From: Rhizodiscina lignyota
Taxonomy: Eukaryota
Direction of reading: 5' to 3'
DNA length: 64,000 nucleotides
Assembly: GCA_010015805.1 (NCBI GenBank)
Contig: ML978121.1
Location: forward strand, 62,001-126,000
Position 1 is the first letter of the stretch. Each line of letters begins with the position of its first letter. Positions 49,714 to 58,133 of this stretch are shown piece by piece. The position numbers were made by a program, and so were the translations under genes. Under the pieces are notes generated by a model. That model worked only from the letters and a program-made list of their open reading frames with translations, had not been told where the DNA came from and searched no databases.

Positions 49714-50367
49714 CTACATCCGAAGTATTCTTGCCACATCCTCTGGCAGATTGAATGGCCTCTCCACCGGTAACAGCCCTAATGCTTCGATTTCCTCATT
49801 CGTCATCCCAGCATCGACAATCTCCTTGTGTTTTCGTGCGAGTTCAGTCACATCCTCAATCTCCGCGATCCGTTCCTTCACCCACTCCTCACAATCATGT
49901 CTGGAGATGCCGATCTGGATACTCCGGTGTTCTAGCTTCCCAATCCGATTTGAGCGCTCTGGATCCCACTGAACCACAACAGTCGACTCATTCTTTGCAT
50001 TGTCATTCTTTGCTTCTCCGCCTTGCAAGCCCGCCTTTTCTTTTCCTCCTGTACCCGGCTCGTGATGTTCGTTGACCCTCGCCTTTCGCAGAAGCTTGAT
50101 GAAATTCTCAGGCTTCATCTTAATTGCGAGGATGCGCGATTGCCGCTTGTCTTTGAAGGAGAAGCCGCTGCGGTACATCATCCAGTTCCACGATGGCTTG
50201 ATCCATGTCATTCGACCCAGGCTGAAGTCTGAAGATGCATCCAGCTTCTGCTCTCGGACTGCAGCTGTCGCGATAGATTCCGAGTAGGCTTGGTAGACTG
50301 TTATTCTTGCTTCATCGTGCAGAGCGCGGATCTGTCTATATGGAGTTGGTGCCGCCGACTTGGCCAT
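49714..50367 (-). CDS. DUF4291-family protein
   Basis: QIRA...ITVYQAY, RMTWIKPS.WMMYRSG, VQWDPER and RSIQIG motifs. Confidence 0.85.
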   Translation of the reverse strand: MAKSAAPTPYRQIRALHDEARITVYQAYSESIATAAVREQKLDASSDFSLGRMTWIKPSWNWMMYRSGFSFKDKRQSRILAIKMKPENFIKLLRKARVNEHHEPGTGGKEKAGLQGGEAKNDNAKNESTVVVQWDPERSNRIGKLEHRSIQIGISRHDCEEWVKERIAEIEDVTELARKHKEIVDAGMTNEEIEALGLLPVERPFNLPEDVARILRM

Positions 50368-50694
50368 TATGCTGATATTTCTTCAACGAGGACTTCTTGG
50401 AAACGTTCTTTATCAGGTAGAATTAAAACAGAGTTCTTGTTATTGCATTCAAAATGAACGATAGCCCTCTGCTTTAAAGGAGTTATCACGACTGAGTCAA
50501 AGAGTTCACAGCCACATAGCCAATAGCGCCACATCCGGTGTCCCTTCCAAGGCTAGCGACAATTTCTCTTGCGCTACACTCTGACGTTTCTTGAATACAG
50601 GCTCACAGGACAAAAGCTTTGCTAGCCAGAAGTTTCTGTGCGGAAGTTCAATGGAGATTGAAGACTTGAGGGAGGCCTCGCTAAAGCCAGGCAA

Positions 50695-50756
50695 TGCACG
50701 CGACGAAACGGATCTCAGCCCACTCCACGGTCCAACTACGAGCTTTTTAACTGCAA
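50695..50756 (-). pseudogene. Short 18S rDNA-derived segment (entry to V4), paralogous to 56019-56082
   Basis: Sense strand reads ttgcagttaaaaagctcgtagttggaccgtggagtgggctga. It contains the universal aaaaagctcgtagttg motif and shares the non-canonical ggagtgggctga with the 56-kb copy. Confidence 0.8.
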
Positions 50757-50981
50757 GATTGAGGAGCAATTAGCGTAGGCTCTCTATTCGTTGGTCTCGC
50801 TCTACAATATGGGCATTCTTGAGAAATTCCAAAAATTGGATTTTGAGTGTGTGAGTTTCTTGCGTTGGAGCCTTGGCAAAGCCCAACCGGTTCTTGAATC
50901 AAGCCTGCAATTCCAAGTGCGGCCGCGCCTGGAAGAGGCTCGCAGCCTCGTCAACCTCTATGTCTAGATTTGGTGGAGCAG

Positions 50982-53863
50982 ATGCGTCTCGCAGTTCCCC
51001 GATCTGAGGAGGATTTGGGCGTGAACACTGCCGTTGAGTTGACTTCCAACTCTGTGCATCAGTACTCGCGCGCTCAGCTTGAGCGGGGGGAGAAAGCTCG
51101 CCAGCTGGTTGACGAACAGAATCAAGAGAAGGCAGCTGTGGGTGACAACAAGAAGAACACAGACGTCACAATCTCTGAAGATCTAGGCGACGGCCAAGCT
51201 AACAAACTAGACGCCTCCCTCAAGCTCCTCAGCGAAAAGGATCCCAGGCTGGTCCTTCCTTCCGACCCTCTTGATGACGACGAGATCCACATTATCGAAA
51301 CGACCTTGGCCGCACCAGGAGCTGGTGGGAATCACGCGTTGCAGGACTATCAAAGGCAACTTATGCTACTTGAGCAACAGAACAAGAAGCGATTGGCGAT
51401 GGCACCTCGGAAGAGCCGGCGTCCACTGGCGCCTCTATTAGAACCGATCGCACCGTCCAACCACTTACCTGTGGAGACTTCAACAACTCTACAGGAGGGG
51501 GCAGGAAACGGACCAAGAGAACACCTTTATCAAGCTCCCGTTACTCTGGAGCAAAATCAAACGCGACACAAAATGGTTAAGCGGCGCGCAAGCGGGGACG
51601 TGAACCCTGCTACTAAAAAGTTGAAGGAAGGACAATTAACAGAATGTTCGCAGAACAAGCAGGAAAGCGTGGGAATTATCAATGACAGTGGCAACGGTAC
51701 AAATACAACTCCAACCCAGGCAACTGAGGTTTGTATTCCTTCGTTAGGCCAATCTGTAAAACATGCGTTTGCTAACACTGAGCAGCATAAATCACCGCAC
51801 CTGATTTTCCTCTACAATGTTGAGTGTTCAGACGACGAACGCGTACATCCCATACCAATCTCATTTGATGTCCCTAAACCGGGTGGGTGGGAACGGGATA
51901 CGCACGTTCTACGCCCACATCTTCATGGAGAGACTCCACTATTGGATCTGGCTGCTTTCATGGAAAATGAAAGAGATGACACCGCCTTCGTTGTCCTTAG
52001 AACTGTACAATGCTCTCAAGCATCCATTATGATGGCTTCTTCAGGAGAGACACTCGGATTCTCAGAGGCGATACTTTCCAAATCGAGGCTTCTGAAACAC
52101 GCCCTACGGGCAACTGTTACATGCTATTTTCAACCAGTTCCAGAGGAAAATATAGATGCGTCGTGGCAGAAACCCAAAGGCCCATCGGTATACGAGCAGA
52201 ATCGAATTCACCCGGCCAGTTTGGTCTTCTTCCACCATCGGCATCTGCTGGCATCGTGGAGTGCACAGCATGTGCAGTCGAAGCCACATGTAGATGCTCT
52301 CCTTCAGTATATCGATGATCACTACGGCCCAGATTTCTTAGAAGCAGAGTCAATATTCGAACAAGGAATTGTTACTCAAGCGCACATTATGAAACTCTAC
52401 AAGCCAAATGATCTCATTATTAGCGGTACTCACGGGAAGCCTGCAGCGTTTGTCCTTCAGGAATGGCCTACGTCATCCAGCGACGGTTGGATTTCGCTGA
52501 ATTGTTGGTCTTTTCAGACGGATGGCGGCGGGTTCGCTCGGAAAAGAAGCGTTCTCTCGATCCCACCTCTAGCCCATGAGACCAAGAAAATACGGGATCT
52601 GGTTGCATATCCCTTGCGATTTGCGGCTCCACAGCTGCGATCTTTGATTTTACAACGCGGACAAAAGCAATGGGAACTTCGCATGGCAACACAGATCACC
52701 TACAAGGGCTGGAATGTCGGCCGAGACCAATATTTCGTAAGTTACACGCAAACCTCACTCATCTGACCTTCCGCTGACTGCTCCGTTAGCCCGACGCCCG
52801 TTTCATGATAGACAATATGATATACCACAAGATGCATCCAAACGCTCTTGCATTCAGATTCGACAAGCCAACAGTGACACATGCCTTTGACAAGATGCCC
52901 GCGTATCTCAGTAAGGAACATGAACCGTCTGACGTCTGCTTTCTCCTTATGGCACCAGACATACATGGGTTTTATCTCAACGAAAAGAAATGGATCAAAC
53001 TCTATGTTGAATACATTGAGCCCGTAACCTGGAACAAGAAAGCTTTTGAGAGATTGGTTTTACCAGATCAGACTAAAGACCTTGTCCGAGCTCTGGTCAC
53101 CGTCCGTACATCCCAGAGGGGTGTGAAACAAGGCCTCGGCGTGGCAGGAAAAAGAACTGACATCACTAATGGTAAAGGCAACGGCCTCATTATGCTTCTA
53201 CATGGCGGTCCTGGAACTGGAAAAACTTTGACGGCTGAAAGCGTGGCGGAGATTGCAGAGATGCCACTTTATCGAGTGACCTGCGGTGACATTGGGACGA
53301 ATGCCGAAGCTGTTGAGCAGTATCTCAACACCGTGCTGCACCTTGGGAACGCTTGGAACTGCGTGCTTCTCTTGGATGAAGCAGATGTTTTCCTTGAAGA
53401 GCGATCCATGGCCGACCTGAAGAGGAACAGTCTTGTTTCCGTCTTCCTTCGCATCCTGGAGTATTACGATGGGATCCTTATCCTGACAAGCAATCGCGTC
53501 GGTATGTTTGACGAAGCCTTCAAGTCCCGAATCCAAGTAGCACTCCATTACGAGAACTTGAATCGCTCTGCCCGCAAAAAGATTTGGCAGAACTTCCTCG
53601 ACATGTTAGAGGAGGACGACGAGAATGTCAACTTTGACGAAATCAAATTATTCCTCGACGATCTTGCTGGGAGAGAGTTGAATGGTCGCCAAATCCGCAA
53701 CGTCCTTACGACTGCCAGACAGCTAGCCATATACAGAGAAGAACGTTTAGACCGGAAGCACCTTGAGCAGGCACTTGCAGTGTCATCCGACTTCAACGAT
53801 TACCTGAAGCGTATGCAGGGTCATACCGATGACCAGAGGGCCAGGGACATCGGCCTGAGATGA
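50982..53863 (+). CDS. Fungal AAA+ ATPase with a long N-terminal region; intron 52737-52789; start uncertain
   Basis: Walker A LHGGPGTGKTLTAE, Walker B LLLDEAD, FLRILEYYDG, LTSNR, DEAFKSRI and LNGRQIRN. Confidence 0.9.
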
Positions 53864-53946
53864 GGTGTGCAAAGATTCACGATGGCCTTGAACCTGGGAA
53901 CCGAAGGTATTAAGCTGATTTGGTTCTTTCGAACGATCGCGCGAGT

Positions 53947-55861
53947 TCAGCCTTTGCGGAAGCGCTGTGGTGGACGCCGTTGCTTCCGAGGCCTTCTCCA
54001 ATCCGTGGTATTGTTCGTCTGGATCTTGACGCACATGCTTGATCTCTGAAGTTCTTCAGCATATGCTCGACTGACGCTCGATGTCGCCGTCACAATTTTT
54101 GCACTGTGCGAAAGCTCGAGTCGAAGCATATCCATCAGCTCCAGTGCCTCACTGCGATCGTATGCCGTCGCATGTGCCAAGAGGTCTGCGTCCAGAACGA
54201 TAAATGCGGAGCTGATGCTGGTGAGCATGCGCCCCAGGATGGCAACCCATTGCTGTAAACCTGCTGCTTCTCGAAGTTGTTCCACGGTTATCGGAAAGGG
54301 ACTGTCAAGGAGGTTGCCGGCTCCGACTTGCATTGCCTGAAGCGTCAACATACGAACAATATCCGTTGCTCTCAGGCGTTGAGACCAGTATTCCTCATAT
54401 CGCAGAGCCCAAATGATCTGCATGCGGTTCGTTTGGACAAGATCGATCAGGTCGACCATGAAAGCCTTTGCTACCGCTGGAATGTAAGTGTCGATGAGAA
54501 GCAGCGGACTGCTTTTCTGTAAGCTCCATGCATTGAGCTTCTCAACCTCTGGTAGTTGTAGTCTCATAGGTGCGCGATGTCTGTTGCGCATGGATCGGCA
54601 GAATTGTAAACTCTCCCCCGACGTCGGCAGCGAGTTCCACATGGGCAGAGACAGCATTTGATTGAGATGGACTCGATTCAAAGTCGTCCGCTGGGAGGTG
54701 AGATCAAGCCGAATTTCTTTCAACATACCTTTGTACAGTCAGTAGCTAGCCTTTAGGTTGTAAGAGTGCTCTCACAGATCATAGAGTCCTCCATTGTACC
54801 GAATTTCATCTGGAATAAGCTCGCCAGATGCTGGCTCTCCACCTTCAGCTCGTTCATCTCTTTCCTTACTAGCTCCAAATTCTTCGTACCCTGCAAGACC
54901 TCCAATCTTGTGTCGCGGACTTCTACGTTTAGCGCTACTTCCGCAAGGCGTCTTACCTGCTGCGTCTCAGCTGCAATGGCTTCGTATTGAGTCCGGAACT
55001 TCATGTCCCATGGCTGGAGGATTGACTTGATGGCGTGTACTAAACGGCTGTCTTTGTACCACTTCAGCGCGGAGACGAAGAAGATCAGGATGTGCGCATA
55101 GAGCCGGGCCACGGAGGTCTGCATTTGAGCCGTTGGGTATAGAACTAAAAGTAATGATTGCTGCGGAAGAAGGTCGGCGACTTGGGAAACAGATTTGCTC
55201 AGCTTAGAGGCGCTCTCCGCATGGTTTGCGATAGCCTCCAGAATCTTAGTGATAGAGTATCAACGCTGCGGGTATGCAACTCACGACAAAGAGAAGTTTG
55301 AATGTGCCCCATGCCAACGAGACGTACTCGGGATGTTGCTGTACTAGCACGTCGAAAATATTACCGTAATAGAGAATTTTTTCTGACAAGCCAGTCAACC
55401 ACATGCGTGCTTTGGCCTGAGCCTTGCTCAACGGTGTATCGTGGTGGGCCAATCCGCCCGCCTCAGTCGTGGGTGCGACGCCCTGGAATCTGTCTGTGGA
55501 ACATCCGGTCCGACCTTCGTATGTGATTCGAGCTTCTTGAAGACACTTTTGGACGTCTGATATGGAATGATTCGAAACACCATGTTCTGAACTGGATGGA
55601 AATAGGGTTTCAAAGTCCTGAGGCTTGACTGCAGAGCGGAGCAGGAGCTTTGCATGCGAGAACGTCGTCGACAGAATCTCGCTCGAGCTGGACGTAGGCA
55701 TGTTAGCCGTGTCTCCGATGCGAATTTACATTACGGCAATCAAGAATTTAACCACCAAGATGATCAAAATTGTCTAGACCAAGGGGATTTGTCGCTTACC
55801 TTGACGAGGATTCCGAGTCGGAGTACCAGCCGGAGAGGTCAGCGCCAGGCACAGGATCCAT
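53947..55861 (-). CDS. Protein with a NACHT/NLR-associated N-terminal helical domain (DUF7708-like) and a degenerate NTPase-like C-terminal part; introns 55688-55799, 55236-55284 and 54729-54775
   Basis: YYGNIFDVLVQQHPEYVSLAWGTFKLLF, LYPT.QMQ..VARLYAHIL.F and FIVLDAD. No intact Walker A was seen. The three introns join in frame from MDPVPGADLSGWY. Confidence 0.75.
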
Positions 55862-56002
55862 CTCTACTCATGCTTTGGGGGGAACATAGACGGTATCAGA
55901 TGACTGAGAACATGAGGAACATATCCAAACCTGGACTGTTGAAGTGTATTTTTGCAAGGCTCAAGATGAATATTGGCGAGGCTGAAATCGACTGCCTCCT
56001 AA

Positions 56003-56565
56003 AGTGTGGCGGAGCATATGCACGCGGTGAGGCGGACCGGTCAGCCCACTCCAAGGTTCAACTACGAGCTTTTTCACGGCAACAACTTTAATATACGCTA
56101 TTGGAGCTGGAATTACCGCGGCTGCTGGCACCAGACTTGCCCTCCAATTGTTCCTCGTTAAGGGATTTAAATTGTACTCATTCCAATTACAAGACCCTAA
56201 AGAGCCCTGTATCAGTATTTATTGTCACTACCTCCCCGTGTCGGGATTGGGTAATTTGCGCGCCTGCTGCCTTCCTTGGATGTGGTAGCCATTTCTCAGG
56301 CTCCCTCTCCGGAATCGAACCCTGTGAATGTAAGTTAGCTTGGAGGCCTTTTGATTTATACGAAAATGAGTTTAAACGTACCTAATTCCCCGTTACCCGT
56401 TGAAACCATTGTACTCCACTATAGTACAATCGAAAGTTGATAGGGCAGAAATTTGAATGAACCATCGCCGGCACAAGGCTATGCGATTTGTTTAATTATT
56501 ATGAATCATCAAGGAGCCCCAAGGCATTAGCTTATCTATATTAAACACACCCGTCGACTTTAGCG
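56003..56565 (-). pseudogene. Dispersed 18S rDNA segment (5' domain to the start of V4), near-perfect in its core and containing an intron
   Basis: The sense strand has tttctgccctatcaactttcg, gagagggagcctgagaaa, aggaaggcagcaggcgcgcaaattacc and gtgccagcagccgcggtaattccagctccaatagcgtatattaaagttg. The flanks are non-rDNA. Confidence 0.95.
56322..56381 (-). other. Intact 60-nt spliceosomal intron within the 18S segment
   Basis: ggggaattag|GTACGT...GCTAACttacattcaCAG|ggttcgattcc. Excision exactly restores ggggaattagggttcgattcc. Confidence 0.9.
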
Positions 56566-57198
56566 TGGGCTTATAATCATTTCATGCCGTTTCTTTTGGA
56601 CTGTCGGTTACTCCTTGAATAGAAACCAGCGATTGAACGACTATATTCTTAGCCTCCGCATCCCTATAGTTTCCCACCCATACACTAGGCCCACGATAAC
56701 ACTAACCGCAATCCAGAGTGCTGTGGGGATGTCCGCGCCACTCTGTTTCATCTTCGCAAACGCACGATCGAGCCCCTCTCCTTACGTTCGATCTCGCTGT
56801 ACTTCTTCTGCGGAGTGCCGTGCAAGACCTTTGCGTTGCTCCATTTCATATTTGCAAGCGTGTGATCGAGCCTTCTCTTCTTACGTTCAGCCTGCTGTAC
56901 AATGTCTGCGGAGCAATGAAGGCCACCCAGTAACGTTGAGGGTAAATTGCAATACTGCATGGCTGGTCGTTATCGGAACACAGATGGCGATTTGTAGTTG
57001 CAACGAATTCCAACCGCATCTCCTCCGTCCATTACTACTTTGAGATCGATTCTTGAGACATAAATTTGGCATGTGGCAGGGGAGTGCGGTGAGTCCTCAA
57101 GGACGTCGAATGCGTATCGATACAAAGTACAAGACGAAAGAAAAGCACTGCATGATTCCCCGGATCGCTAAGAGCTCGAAGTCAAAGGACAGAATTGG

Positions 57199-57270
57199 CT
57201 TTATTTGACAACAGAACGTTAGCCTATAATTGAGGTCGGACTATTCATAGTCTAGCTGGTGGCAACATAC
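57199..57270 (-). other. Intron-like element (72 nt) outside any recognised CDS
   Basis: GTATGT...GCTAACgttctgttgtcaaataAAG, on the same strand as the neighbouring rDNA introns. Its flanks were not recognised as rRNA. Confidence 0.5.
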
Positions 57271-57315
57271 CAAAGAGTAATAGAGGGAGCTTTGTAGAGA
57301 TCCCTCGCTGACTGG

Positions 57316-57505
57316 CTCAGCGAATTCCGACTTCCATGGCCACCATCCTGTAAAATTGTTAGCAAATAGAATAATTGAAGTGAATTGAAGGGGGACTTTC
57401 CTCAGGCTTCACGATCGCATGAAATAAAGGTTACTTACTCTTTCGAGCCCCAACAGCTATGCTCTTACTCAAAACCCTCCGAAGATATCAGAGTGGTGAC
57501 GATCG
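57316..57505 (-). pseudogene. Mosaic 28S rDNA relic: two non-adjacent LSU pieces joined across an intron-like segment
   Basis: Sense tttgagtaagagcatagctgttggggctcgaaaga (canonical ...gttgggacccgaaaga) and gatggtggccatggaagtcggaattcgctgag (canonical gacggtggccatggaagtcggaatccgctaag). Confidence 0.85.
57348..57438 (-). other. 91-nt spliceosomal intron-like segment within the 28S relic
   Basis: gaaaga|GTAAGT...GCTAACaattttaCAG|gatggtggcc. It internally retains gtgaagcctgaggaaa (canonical LSU gtgaagccagaggaaa). Confidence 0.75.
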
Positions 57506-58133
57506 CGTATGAGTCTGAATGGCGAGAAGGTTAAAACACTGCCCAGTTCGAGCAGTATCTTGCGGAGCTTGAACTCCGAGATTGTAGAGCTTTCGCCCTT
57601 GCGGTCTTGTGAGGTGGCTCTCACACCACGTTCGGAGATGTATGTAAGGATCCGACACAAAGTGTACTGATTCTGCCGGCAATATAGCCGAACGATGCTC
57701 TCCCTCACTTCAAAGAGAGGAGCAACCTTTTCATATTTACAGTAAAAAGATACTGAAAGGTGTTTCAAGTGAGAGCCGAGAAACGACGCTCCGGCAGCGG
57801 GCGCCAAGCACTGACGTTGTGATGCCCCAGGATATCATCCCCAAACGCCCCGCCTCTAGCCAATCTTCTGTTGAGGCATGGCCATGACAGTGTGCAGCAA
57901 AACATGTCTTCAACAAATCGCTAACACCCCATTTTACCCACTGCCACCTTTCTCCCGCCAACTCCCGCCGTTGCTTCAACCAAGGCCCTGGAGCTCGGGT
58001 GAAGGGACTGCAACGGCTGAACTTGCTGCTGTATGATATGATATTCTTCCTATAACCTCGCGTCACCTAATTCTATCTCACTTCGACGGTATTTCAATTC
58101 GGCGCCTCACCAGAGGCACACGCTTTGCCAGCT

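Noticed and set aside
56003..56565. Functional full-length rRNA gene or edge of the rDNA array
   Set aside because: Only ~0.5 kb of SSU, frayed at the ends and flanked by protein genes, with LSU pieces in the wrong order.
56641..56960. Short minus-strand ORF with an internal ~30-bp imperfect repeat and a weak 43-nt intron-like element
   Set aside because: No recognisable homology and weak splice signals, so it cannot be supported as a gene.
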